DNA of 64,000 bases from Tubiluchus corallicola (taxonomy: Eukaryota > Animalia > Priapulida). The DNA lies in the NCBI GenBank assembly GCA_030141605.1, contig JAQGDQ010000261.1, positions 253,411-317,410 of the forward strand, given 5' to 3'. The position numbers and the translations under genes are program-made. The notes under the pieces were generated by a model. It saw nothing but the letters and a program-made list of their open reading frames with translations. It was not told the origin of the DNA and searched no databases. Shown here piece by piece: positions 48,608 to 61,626 of this stretch (the first letter of the stretch is position 1; every line of letters starts with the position of its first letter).

Positions 48608-51600
48608 ATTATCTCACCTTTCACTAATGCACTAAAGCTGACCTGTCAATAATTGTCTCACCTTTCACTAATGCACTAAAGCTGACCTGTCAATAATTAA
48701 TTCACCTTTCAATAAGGCAGTAAAGCTGACCTGTCAATAATTATCTCACCTTTCACTAATGTAAAAAAAGCTGACCCGTCAGTAATTATCTCACCGTTCA
48801 CTAATGCAGTAAAGCTGACTTGTCAATAATTAACTCACCTTTCACTAAGGCATTAAAGCTGACCTGTCAATAATTATTTCACCTTTCACTAAGGCAGTAA
48901 AGCTGACCTGTCAATAATTATCTCACCTGTCACTAATACAGTAACGCTGACCTGTCAATAATTAACTCACCTTTCACTAAGGCAGTAAAGTTGACCTGTC
49001 AATAATTAACTCACCTTTCACTAAGGCAGTAAAGTTGACCTGTCAATAATTATCTCACCTTTCACTAATGCAAAAAAACCTGACCTGTCAATAATTATCT
49101 CACCTTTCACTAATGCAGTAAAGCTGACTTGTCAATAATTATCTCACCTTTCACTAATGTAAAAAAAGCTGACCCGTCAGTAATTATCTCACCGTTCACT
49201 AATGCAGTAAAGCTGACCTGTCAATAATTATCTCACCTTTCACTAATGCAGTAAAGCAGACCTGTCAATAATTATCTCACCTTTCACTAATGTAAAAAAG
49301 CTGACCCGTCAGTAATTATCTCACCATTCACTAATGCAGTAAAGCTGACCTGTCAATAATTATTTCACCTTTCACTAATGCAGTAAAGCTGACCTGTCAA
49401 TAATTATCTCACCTTTCACTAATGCAGTAAAGCTGACCTGTCAATAATTAACTCACCTTTCAATAAGGCAGTAAAGCTGACCTGTCAATAATTATCTCAC
49501 CGTTCACTAATGCAGTAAAGCTGACCTGTCAATAATTGTCTCACATGTCACTAAGGCAGTAAAGCTGACCTGTCAATAATTATCTCACCTGTCACTAATG
49601 CAGTAAAGCTGACCTGTCAATAATTATCTCACCTTTCAATAATGCAGTAAAGCTGACCTGTCAATAATTATCTCACCTTTCACTAATGCAAAAAAACCTG
49701 ACCGGTCAATAATTATCTCACATTTCACTAATGCATTAAAGCTGACCTGTCAATAATTATCTCACCTTTCACTAAGGCAGTAAAGCTGACCTGTCAATAA
49801 TTAACTCACCTTTCACTAAGGCATTAAAGCTGACCTGTCAATAATTATCTCACCGTTCACTAATGCAGTAAAGCTGACCTGTCAATAATTGTCTCACATG
49901 TCACTAAGGCAGTAAAGCTGACCTGTCAATAATTATCTCACCTGTCACTAATGCAGTAAAGCTGACCTGTCAATAATTATCTCACCTTTCAATAATGCAG
50001 TAAAGCTGACCTGTCAATAATTATCTCACCTTTCACTAATGCAAAAAAACCTGACCGGTCAATAATTATCTCACATTTCACTAATGCATTAAAGCTGACC
50101 TGTCAATAATTATCTCACCTTTCACTAAGGCAGTAAAGCTGACCTGTCAATAATTAACTCACCTTTCACTAAGGCATTAAAGCTGACCTGTCAATAATTA
50201 TTTCACCTTTCACTAAGGCAGTAAAGCTGACCTGTCAATAATTATCTCACCTGTCACTAATACAGTAACGCTGACCTGTCAATAATTAACTCACCTTTCA
50301 CTAAGGCAGTAAAGTTGACCTGTCAATAATTAACTCACTTTTCACTAAGGCAGTAAAGTTGACCTGTCAATAATTATCTCACCTTTCACTAATGCAAAAA
50401 AACCTGACCTGTCAATAATTATCTCACCTTTCACTAATGCAGTAAAGCTGACCTGTCACTAATTATCTCACCTTTCACTAAGGCAGTAAAGCTGACCTGT
50501 CAATAATTATCTCACCTTTCACTAATGCAGTAAAGCTGACCTGTCAATAATTATCTCACCTTCACTAAGGCAGTAAAGTTGACCTGTGAATAATTAACTC
50601 ACCGTTCACTAATGCAGTAAAGCTGACCTGTCAATAATTATCTCACCTTTCACTAAGGCAGTAAAGCTGACCTGTCAACAATTATCTCACCTTTCACTAA
50701 GGCAGTAAAGTTGACCTGTCAATAATTAACTGACCTTTTACTAATGCAGTAAAGCTGACCTGTCAATAATTATCACACCTTTCACTAAGGCAGTAAAGCT
50801 GACCTGTCAATAATTATCTCACCTGTCACTAATGCAGTAAAGCTGACCTGTCAACAATTATCTCACATGTCACTAATGCAGTAAAGCTGACCTGTCAATA
50901 ATTAACTCACCTTTCACTAAGGCCGTAAAGTTGACCTGTCAATAATTAACTCACCTTTCGCTAAGGCAGTAAAGTTGACCTGTCAATAATTATCTCACCT
51001 TTCACTAAAGCAAAAAAACCTGACCTGTCAATAATTATCTCACATTTCACTAATGCATTAAAGCTGACCTGTCAATAATTATCTCACCTTTCACTAAGGC
51101 AGTAAAGCTGACCTGTCAATAATTATCTCACCTGTCACTAATGCAGTAAAGCTGACCTGTCAATAATTATCTCACCTGTCACTAATGCAGTAAAGCTGAC
51201 CTGTCAATAATTATCTCACCTTTCACTAATGCAGTAAAGCTGACCTGTCAATAATTATCTCACCTGTCACTAATGCAGTAAAGCTGACCTGTCAATAATT
51301 ATCACACCTTTCACTAATGCAGTAAAGCTGACCTGTCAATAATTATCTCACATGTCACTAATGCAGTAAAGCTGACCTGTCAATAATTATCTCACATGTC
51401 ACTAATGCAGTAAAGCTGACCTGACAATAATTATCTCACCTTTCACTAAGGCAGTAAAGTTGACCTGTCAATAATTAACTCACCTTTCACTAAGGCAGTA
51501 AAGTTGACCTGTCAATAATTAACTCACCTTTCACTAAGGCAGTAAAGTTGACCTGTCAATAATTAACTCACCTTTCACTAAGGCAGTAAAGTTGACCTGT

Positions 51601-51615
51601 CAATAATTAACTCAC
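48608..51615. repeat. 44-bp satellite, right block (about 68 units), ending exactly at a junctophilin splice donor
   Basis: Same unit as the left block. The last CTCAC (51611-51615) is the GTGAG of the intron's 5' splice site. Confidence 0.95.
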
Positions 51616-51734
51616 CTGGCTGATAGAAATCCGGAGCAAAATGTTTGGCGTTCACTTTAGCAGCAGATGCATCATTCTCCGCTTTCTTAGCTGCTATTTC
51701 AGCATCATCTACTTTTCTTCGAGCGCTTATTGTT
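51616..51734 (-). CDS. jph: Junctophilin coding exon (end of alpha-helical domain)
   Basis: Acceptor ttttacttgcag| and donor CCAG|gtgagt. 119 bp, in phase with both neighbours. Encodes (R)TISARRKVDDAEIAAKKAENDASAAKVNAKHFAPDFYQP(G); APDFYQPG is a conserved junctophilin motif. Absent from the ORF track. Confidence 0.93.
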
Positions 51735-52903
51735 CTGCAAGTAAAATACTCTGTGTCAGCAAATCCGTCATAACTGGAAAGGTACCAAAATAAGACTTAA
51801 AGACTGACAATACAATCTGTCAAGTATAGGACTCTCTCTGACCGCTGTCCATAGTGGTCAGATTTTGTTTTGTCGCAGCAGTTTTCGGCCATTTGGTGTT
51901 TTTAAATGCAGGGTAGTATCGCCTGCGATTGTAGACCAAATCTGACCATTGTCCAGTACAAGTCGTCTGATTTTTACTTTGCCTCAGCCAATCCCGTCAC
52001 ATTCTGAAACAGTGCAATGTCTCCCGGATTTTGGTAGCAAAATTAACTATGTACTTTATGATGTAGTTTTCTGCCCCTTTCGGGGGTACCCCTTCGTGCC
52101 CCCTTCCAGGCATCCCGACAGCTCATTATAAGACAGGTAATTTTATGTATGCCTAAATTAGTACCACACACCCAGACACCTAAACCTTTTCTACTTTATC
52201 ATGTGCTATTTCGTCACAGGTTCTTGGACTATAAGCTTTCCATCGAGTTTATTACACGGCCTGGCCTGACTTAGACGCATCCTACCCACTTCCCAACATG
52301 CATCCGTCCAAGATGGCTTCATGAGATAGTGAAACTATTTTTATTGCACAGACTTGGAAGCCAAAGTGAATAAAAGCTATATCGCATTATGAAATGCTCT
52401 ATTAAACAATCTGGCAGTCAGTAATAATTAACAAATTTTCCATTTGGACGTGAAAAGGTTCATTGTTTTTAGACACACAGGCATTTTATAAAACAGTGAA
52501 TGAAAAATTAGACAATGCATTGTGATGGCTGTAAGTAAAGAGTCACGGTGTCTCTGAAGTTAAGCAACACAAGACCTGAGTAGTAAATGGCTCGATGAGT
52601 GTCAGAAAATTCGCCTTGACAGATTTCGTGTTACCTGATTAGCTACTTTGTTAAGGGATGACTTATGGACATTTGAAAATGACCAAGACACCTCTGTATG
52701 TTATCCTAGAGGAATTATCCTTGATAATCAGATAAGTTCCAATCCCGTCATAAGTATCTCATAATTATATAGCCCTTGTACACCAGCTTGCAGCGTGAGA
52801 TGAGGTAACAGAAGCCTATAAGAATACTCGACGGCCCCAACACCGTTTTCCCATTTTCACCCTTGCCAATCGCCACAGGAACTGTGTCTGCTTTATTTAA
52901 AAA

Positions 52904-53817
52904 ATGGCTTATTGGTCGACAGTGCTGACCATCAGCTACTGCAAGCAGTGGCTTATTGGTCGACAGTGCTGATCATCAGCTACTGCAAGCACTGGCTTAT
53001 TGGTCGACAGTGCTGATCATCAGCTACTGCAAGCACTGGCTTATTGGTTGACAGTGCTGATCATCAGCTACTGCAAGCACTGGCTTATTGGTCGACAGTG
53101 CTGGCCATCAGCTACTGCAAGCACTGGCTTATTGGCCGACATTGCTGATCATCAGCTACTGCAAGCACTGGCTTATTGGCCGACATTGCTGATCATCAGC
53201 TACTGCAAGCACTGGCTTATTGGTCAACAGCGCTGATCGTCAGCTACTGCAAGCACTGGCTTATTGGTCAACAGCGCTGATCGTCAGCTACTGCAAGCAC
53301 TGGCTTATTGGTCGACAGTGCTGATCGTCAGCTACTGCAAGCACTGGCTTATTGGTCAACAGTGTTGATCATCAGCTACTACAAGCACTGGCTTATTGGT
53401 CGACAGTGCTGATCATCAGGTACTGCAAGCACAGGCTTATTGGTCAACAGTGCTGATCGTCAGCTACTGCAAGCACTGGCTTATTGGTCAACAGCGCTGA
53501 TCGTCAGCTACTGCAAGCACTGGCTTATTGGTCGACAGTGCTGATCGTCAGCTACTGCAAGCACTGGCTTATTGGTCAACAGTATTGATCATCAGCTACT
53601 ACAAGCACTGGCTTATTGGTCGACAGTGCTGATCGTCGGTTACTGCAAGCACTGGCTTATTGGTCAACAGTGTTGATCATCAGCTACTGCAAGCACTGGC
53701 TTATTGGTCGACAGTGCTGATCATCAGCTACTACAAGCACTGGCTTATTGGTCGACAGTGCTGATCATCAGCTACTACAAGCACTGGCTTATTGGTCGAC
53801 ATTGCTGACCATCAGCT
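52904..53817. repeat. 44-bp minisatellite (about 21 units), unrelated to the splice-site satellite
   Basis: TGGCTTATTGGTCGACAGTGCTGATCATCAGCTACTGCAAGCAC. Confidence 0.96.
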
Positions 53818-55470
53818 TGCATCTCGAGTAGCCATGCAGAAAAGCTCATACCTACAAATGCTGTGTTGACTTACAATAAGGACATGGACATGAATTCAAG
53901 GTTACTTAACAGGAACTCGATAATAGGAGTAAAAATGACCAGATAGACATAAGAAGATAACATTGTTGTTTGACCCATCCTATAATTTCGGTGTCTAATG
54001 TAAGTTTCATGACTTTTGGTATGGATGTCCATGAATTACATTAAGATCCTCAAAATAAAAAAAAATTCTGTATAAATCTGTATAAAAACATGCAAAAAGC
54101 TTGTCGTGGTGACTGTTGCATGTGATGAATCAGGGGCTACGTATTAGTCAAGACATGAGCGGCTTAGTTTGTCGTACCGCATTAATGTCTGTTCCGCAAC
54201 TTTCTTTTATTATATAATAACTACAACTTTCTCTACATAATCTCAAATTTTCATTATTGTCTTTGTCACTGGCACTTAAAAATTTTGACTTTTGGGTTTG
54301 AAGTGATTACTATAGCAAACATTCATCTTTTTTTACAGTTGCTCAATTTTTTTATAAGTCATAAAGTCATAAGTCATTTATTTCACATTACACATTTACA
54401 ATAGTTACATATACAATATCTAGTGAAAGGGCTTACAATGAACATAATACAAATAAGAAATACTGCACAGGAAAAGTCTCAAACACTGTTCACCTATATA
54501 CGAAGGTAAATGTGTTGCGGGCAATCAAAAAGCAGGGCTTGCTAGATTGTCCCACACAGTGAAAGAAAAAAAGTAATGGAAATAATCTGAAAATTTAAAG
54601 TGAATCGTGATAAAAAAACATTAGTGCTTAATATGGAATGATGTAATGAATGAAGCTCATATATGGGATGATATAAAAGATAGAAAGACTATTATTTGTT
54701 AATAGTATGTAAAATTAAGATAACTTGATTAAGCTAACACTGTTATGCAATTTTGATTACTCACTGATACTTACTTAGAATTTGATTGTTTAGCATTTTT
54801 TTAAATCTAGTAATAGAGATTTATACAATTTACTACTCATCAGCTGACGAGTTGTCAGAGCTGTCATAATATTAAATGACTAATATGTCGTAATATTAAA
54901 CGAAAGCACTTCACTAAGTGCAGAAAACCAAACATCCTCAAAGAACTGGGACATACAGATGATCGTGACGTAGCTAAACAAAAATCGCTTCTTTAGTTGA
55001 AGTGGACCGCCTAGAATGCAGCAGACGCCACGTGTTTTCGTAAAGAGGATTTGAAAACTCACAGCGTGCAGCTTAGCCAAGCGAAAACTTCTGATGCTTA
55101 AACACATTTTTGCCATGACACAGTTGCTTCTTCAACAGATCAAACAGATTTTCACTTCGTGACCTTGACACAATCACCCCCCAGTTGGCTAGCTAATGTT
55201 ACTTCTTCAATAATAACAATCCTTCACTTTTGCTTTCTGTTTCCATGTTTAGGTGAAGAGTATTTATACCTGTTCCATGGCTCCTGCTAGCTGATCTTTT
55301 GATTAACAAATTAATGTGTACAAGCAACATGTTTTTGTAAGCAAGCAAAACCCCCAATGTTCACATTATGTTCTCTTCCATGTGCAACATGCTATTCTCT
55401 GCACAGTATTCTATTCCACTCACAATCTTTTATTGCATGCCACAGTACACTTTTATCAGACACATTATGA

Positions 55471-55600
55471 AAGGAGTTTACAATTTTCGCACACAATCTA
55501 ACCCTAACCCTGATCCTAACCCACCCTAACCCTATTCCGAATCATAACCCAAGCCCTAACCTTAACCCTAATTCGCTTCACGGGGAATTGTAATCTTTAG
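55471..55600. mobile_element. Small Helentron/HINE-like element with a (TAACCC)n core
   Basis: Degenerate TAACCC hexamers flanked by inverted TTACAATT...AATTGTAA. The family assignment is inference. Confidence 0.45.
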
Positions 55601-55688
55601 CACAGTTTGTCACCTACACAGGATCCAACTCCACTATTCTATTCAACATACTATGTTCATCCCCACTCACTGTATTGTATTCCAGCTA

Positions 55689-57727
55689 CAATATTCTACT
55701 GTACTCACGATATTCTGTCATGCTCAATATTCTACTGCACTCACAATGTTCTAGTCCATGCTCAATATTCTACTGCACTCACAATATTCTGTCATGCTCA
55801 ATATTCTACTGTACTCACAATGTTCTAGTCCATGCTCAATATTCTACTGCACTCACAATATTCTGTCATGCTCAATATTCTACTGTGCTCACAATGTTCT
55901 AGTCCATGCTCAATATTCTACTGCACTCACAATATTCTGTCATGCTCAATATTCTACTGTGCTCACAATATTCTGTCATGCTCAATATTCTACTGTGCTC
56001 ACGATATTCTAGTCCATGCTCAATATTCTGCTGCACTCACAATATTCTGTCATGCTCAATATTCTACTGTGCTCACGATATTCTAGTTCATGCTCAATAT
56101 TCTACTGTACTCACGATATTCTAGTCCATGCTCAATATTCTAGTCCATGCTCAATATGCAACTGTACTCACAATATTCTAGTCCATGCTCAATATTCTAC
56201 TGTGCTCACAATATTCTAGTCCATGCTCAATATTCTACTGTGCTCACAATATTCTAGTCCGTGATCAATATTCTACTGTGCTCACAATGTTCTAGTCCGT
56301 GCTCAATATTCTACTGCGCTCGCAATGTTCTAGTCCATGCTGAATATTCTACTGTGCTCACAATGTTCTAGTCCATGCTCAATATTCTACTGTGCTCACA
56401 ATGTTCTAGTCCATGCTCAATATTCTACTGTGCTCACAATGTTCTGTTTCATGTTCAATATTCTACTGTACTCACAATATTCTAGTCCATGCTCAATATT
56501 CTACTGTAACTCACAATATTCTAGTCCATGCTCAATATGCTACTGTGCTCACAATGTTCTAGTCCATGCTCAATATTCTACTGTGCTCACAATGTTCTAG
56601 TCCATGCTCAATATTCTACTGTGCACATAATATTCTAGTCCATGCTCAATATTCTACTGTGCTCACAATGTTCTAGTCCATGCTCAATATTCTACTGTGC
56701 ACATAATATTCTAGTCCATGCTCAATATTCTACTGCACTCACAATATTCTAGTCCATGCTCAATATTCTACTGTACTCACAATGTTCTAGTCCATGCTCA
56801 ATATTCTACTGTACTCACGATATTCTGTTTCATGATCAATATTCTACTGTGCTCACAATGTTCTAGTCCGCGCTCAATATTCTATTCTGCGCACAATACT
56901 CTACTGCAATCACAATATTCTCTTCTGCGCACAATACTCTACTGCAATCACAATATTCTATTCTGCACACAATACCTACTGCAATCACAATATTCTGTTC
57001 CATGGACCATGTAGAATGTTCTACTGCAATAACAATATTCTATTCTGTGCACAATACTCTACTGCAATCACAATATTCTCTTCTGCGCACAATACTCTAC
57101 TGCAATCACAATATTCTATTCTGCACACAATACTCTACTGCAATCACAATATTCTGTTCCATGGACCATGTAGAATGTTGTACTGCAATCACAATATTCT
57201 ATTCTGTGCACAATACTCTACTGCAATCACAATATTCTATTCTGTGCACAATACTCTACTGCAATCACAATATTCTATTCTGTGCACAATACTCTACTGC
57301 AATCACAATATTCTATTCTGCACACAATACTCTACTGCAATCACAATATTCTATTCTGTGCACAATACTCTACTGCAATCACAATATTCTATTCTGTGCA
57401 CAATACTCTACTGCAATCACAATATTCTCTTCTGCGCACAATACTCTACTGCAATCACAATATTCTCTTCTGCGCGCAATACTCTACTGCAATCACAATA
57501 TTCTCTTCTGCGCACAATACTCTACTGCAATCACAATATTCTCTTCTGCGCATAATACTCTACTGCAATCACAATATTCTCTTCTGCGCACAATACTCTA
57601 CTGCAATCACAATATTCTGTTCCATGGACCATGTACAACGTTCTACTGCAATCACAATATTCTGTTCCATGGACCATGTACAATATTCTACTGGATTCAC
57701 AATATTCTGTTCTACCCATAATATTCT
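55689..57727. repeat. 36/38-bp minisatellite with a variant gradient
   Basis: CAATATTCTACTGTGCTCACAATGTTCTAGTCCATGCT grades into CAATACTCTACTGCAATCACAATATTCTATTCTGTGCA; both are dimers of a CAATATTCT-led subunit of about 19 bp. Confidence 0.93.
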
Positions 57728-58081
57728 TTTCCACTGACTATATTGTTTTTTATACGCACATTATCCAGTTGCACACAGAATTATTGCATTACACGATTAA
57801 TAAAATTTAGTCATTTGTCCCATGAGATGCTAAATAAAAGACGTGAGCTTATTGCGTGGAACAATTAATCTATGCCTAACGAAACATATTAAAAACCTCA
57901 CTGTTACCAAACAATGATCTACATAAAACGCAAGCGCAAAGAACATTACAATTTGTGCTCAAGATGAAGAATCACATCTATCCTATCCATACATGAAACA
58001 GTTTATAATTTATATGTGTAATAGAACATGATAAAAAATGTTATACAGTGCAATAATCTGTTCCATGTTACAATTTTATAA

Positions 58082-58589
58082 TAATCCTTTTCACAGTTCC
58101 AGGGCTTGATGATGATCGTGAAAAGGTCAAAAGTTAAGTGTACCAGACAACTCATTTGTGTACACTTGACAACACCTGGCAGCCCATGCTATTGTAATGG
58201 TAACAGTTTTAACAACTAGCTAAAACCTTACCTAGTTCATTTTTTCTTGTTCTCAGGTAAGATCCTGCTAGTAAATCACTCCACTCTATTTATAGACTAG
58301 TGCATAATTAAGTAAAGTCCACGTAAAACAACTATCCTGTTACTGAACTGAAGCGGCAGACGGCTTTGCTTTACCCACACATGTGACGGTTGTAGTTAAA
58401 GCATTTGTAGATTTAACTTGCTTGATCTTGCTTAAGAACAAGAAAAAATGAAGTAGGTAAGGTTCTAGCTACTACAACAGCTTGGACTGCAAGGCGTTGT
58501 CAAGTGTACACAAATGCGTTGTCTGGTGCACTTAACCTTTGACCTACAGCAACTGCACGTGCCCACAACGAAACTGTGAAAAGGCTTAT
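58082..58589 (+). mobile_element. MITE family A, both ends present
   Basis: TIRs TAATCCTTTTCACAGTT / AACTGTGAAAAGGCTTA. Further partial copies at about 27692-27746 and 60240-60449. Confidence 0.8.
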
Positions 58590-58597
58590 TATTCATG

Positions 58598-59117
58598 CAG
58601 GAATGAGAATTTTCGGCAGATATGCGGAATTTCGAGTTTTTGGAAGACCAGTAGTGCCATTTTTGTAAATCGCGTAAATTCGTTGAGAAAATGTTTACGG
58701 ACCCAATACATTATATCACAAGCTGACCGCTAGTTGGCGGGCCAGCACTTTGTTTACATCACGTACATCAGTGTAACCACATGTATATCTCTATGTATAA
58801 AAATATAGAATCAATTGTGCGGAGTTGTTTGAGTCAATTGCAGACAGTTTTTATATACTTTTGCATAGGAGCGGCCAGTACTTAGGCATTTTTGAGACAA
58901 TTAGGTATCATGTATCCTTGATAGTTGGATATTTGAAATTATGCATGAAACAAGGTAACTGATATTTTAAGTCCACTTAGAGGTTCTCTACGGTCACAAA
59001 ATTGCAATTTGTTGCTGGCTTCAAGGGGGTTTCCCTTGAACCCCATTGAGGGCCTAGGCGGCTCCCAACCCCCCGGCCTGTTTCAGAGTTTTTTGCAATT
59101 TGTCATTCTCATCCCTG
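58598..59117 (+). mobile_element. hAT-type MITE family B, second copy
   Basis: CAGGAATGAGAAT...ATTCTCATCCCTG, highly similar to 29713-30226. Flanks share TTCATG. Confidence 0.88.
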
Positions 59118-59155
59118 TTCATGGCAGCAATTTTTGTTAACTAAAACATGTTTAC

Positions 59156-59975
59156 CTTGATACAGCAATCTCAGCCTTCTGCTTGGCGACCTGAGAACCC
59201 CTGACCGCAGCTTGGACAGCGGAGTCTATCCTCTCCCGGAGTTTACTCTGTCTTAGAAGAAACAATTTGTTCTTCTTTCCTGAAGCTATAAGCACATTGT
59301 TTTTATACTTCCCCTCCTCCTTCGTACCGTCCTTGAACGTAGTCACACCGTAGCCGTATTTTTTATTATTGTACCATTCACCTTCGTACTTCAAACCGTC
59401 GGAACGTTCCGAGATGCCGAATCCGGATCGCTTATCGTTCTTCCACTCGCCCGTGTAGGTTTCGGTAACGTTAGTTTCGGTAATATCATCCTGGCTTACA
59501 AAACTCAAGTTACTGTCCATGTATTCGGTTGCACTAGTTAAACCCGATTGCGAAGAAGCCGTAGATATGCCACTAATTGCACTGTGGTTGCTACGTATAG
59601 ATCCTGAAACGCTAGAGGCGCCACTGCGCTTGTTAATGTCTCCCGTACTCCTCTGCTTCTTTATGCGTAGTCCTTGCATTATGGAACGCTTAAGGGTGAC
59701 CTTCTTTTGCTGAAAGATGGAGGCTTTTCTAGCGAAGGCCGAGGGTTCATCACTTCTTGCTTTGAGCACGAATCCGCCCCTGGCTTCGTCTAATTTCTTA
59801 TCACGTTCGTGACCAAGGTCGTCGGTTTCACCTGAACGAAGCGATGACATGGACGCTCGCAAGTTGACAGCCGCTGCCGTCTTGGGGCGGTAGTGGGACG
59901 CAAGACCGTACGGCACGCTTTGGCGGACGCCGTATCCGTGACGCATGCCGCGAAGCCACTGACCTTGATATGTAC
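59156..59975 (-). CDS. jph: Junctophilin internal coding exon (MORN repeats, joining region, start of alpha-helical domain)
   Basis: Acceptor ttcag|GT at 59976 and donor AAG|gtaaac at 59155. Translates (G)TYQGQWLRGMRHGYGVRQSVPYG...ETYTGEWKNDKRSGFGISERSDGLKYEGEWYNNKKYGYGVTTFKDGTKEEGKYKNN...AKQKAEIAVSR, which are hallmark junctophilin motifs. 820 bp, entry phase 1, exit phase 2. Confidence 0.96.
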
Positions 59976-60780
59976 CTGAAAGAGAAAAGCAGAATGAAAA
60001 TGAAGCGAAGGAGAATTAAGACTTTATAGTCCCTGCATAGCGAGTTCGATGTGTATAAACTTTGCAGACTCGGTTCACACTTTCCACATGATGTTAAGAA
60101 AATGATACGGTGCACAAAAATGATTAACAAAATCAGACCTTTAAGTATAAACGAATTTACATATTTAAAAAATATTCACACAAATTCCACAACTTTTGAC
60201 CCTTTAGGTTACCGTAAAATACAAATTATGACTGACTAGTTTCGTGCTACTAAATCACTGTACACACAGACTAATTCATAATTACGTAAAGTCCAGGTAG
60301 AACAACTGAAGTTACGGAACTGATGCGCCAGACGGCTTTCCTCACATGTCCCGTGACGGTTGTAGCTAAGACGCGTTGCTGTGATACACTTAACCTTTGA
60401 CCTATAGCAACTGCGCGTGCGCATAACGAAACTATGAAAAGGCTTCTTATGCAATAACTTAACTGGTAGTTAAATGAGTGGAGTGGTAAAATTATTAATG
60501 GAAAGTGTATTATCGAAAAATTCTAAGTTTTAGCATAAAGAAACACAACTTTGCTGACATTCGGGACTAGCACACAAGATATTATCTCTGCTGAAAGTCC
60601 TAGGCATAATAAATTTATCAAAACCATTCTTCATGAAGACTGCAGTTCGTCGTTTGTGTTAGTTCATGACTTCACACTATACGGTTGTGGGCTTGAATAC
60701 ACGAACACAGTTCAATCTTCAACGTCGATACAACTCCGATACACCAACTTAAACGGTGTATCTGTATAATTATACAGATA

Positions 60781-60980
60781 TAAGGATAACCTCTATGCAC
60801 AGTTATGTACTACATAAGTACTTTAGAGGACCTATATAAGGATAACCTCTATGCACAGTTATGTACTACATAAGTACTTCAGAGGACCTATATATGGATA
60901 ACCTCTATACACAGTTATGTACTATATAAGTACTTTAGAGGACCTATGTAAGGACAACCTCTATGCACGTCTATGCACAG
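60781..60980 (-). repeat. Inverted 200-bp block of the 56-bp satellite
   Basis: Reverse complement of 62763-62962; flanked by the direct repeat TCTGTATAATTATACAGATA. Confidence 0.9.
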
Positions 60981-60998
60981 TCTGTATAATTATACAGA

Positions 60999-61505
60999 TA
61001 CAACAGTGTTGCCTCACAAACGCACTGTACACAACAGTGTTGCCTCACAAACGCGCTGTATACAACAGTGTTGCCTCACAAATGCACTGTATACAACAGT
61101 GTTGCCTCACAAATGCACTGTACATAACAGTGTTGCCTCACAAATGCACTGTACATAACAGTGTTGCCTCACAAATGCACTGCACACAACAGTGTTGCCT
61201 CACAAACGCACTGTACACAATAGTGTTGCCCCACAAATGCGCTGTACACAGCAGTGTTGCCTCATAAATGCACTGTACACAACAGCGTTGCCTCACAAAC
61301 ACACTGTACATAACAGTGTTGCCTCACAAATGCGCTGTACACAACAGTGATGCCTCACAAACACACTGTACATAACAGTGTTGCCTCACAAACACACTGT
61401 ACATAACAGTGTTGCCTCACAAACACACTGTACATAACAGTGTTGCCTCACAAACACACTGTACATAACAGTGTTGCCTCACAAATGCGCTGTATACAAC
61501 AGTGC
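60999..61505. repeat. 31-bp minisatellite (about 16 units)
   Basis: TACACAACAGTGTTGCCTCACAAATGCACTG. Confidence 0.94.
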
Positions 61506-61626
61506 TAGCAGAGGTTCATTAGCTGTGTAATTGCTTAAATGCATATGATATTACAGAATTGTAGGCAGGGGCTAGATCCCTGGGAAAAACATGTCTGGTG
61601 CATAAAATGTTAGGATCATCCATGTA

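Noticed and set aside
55497-55570. TAACCC repeats as a telomere or chromosome-fusion relic
   Set aside because: Short, degenerate and enclosed by inverted motifs, which fits a small mobile element better.
55607-57737. Stacked plus-strand ORFs
   Set aside because: Periodic products of the 36/38-bp satellite.
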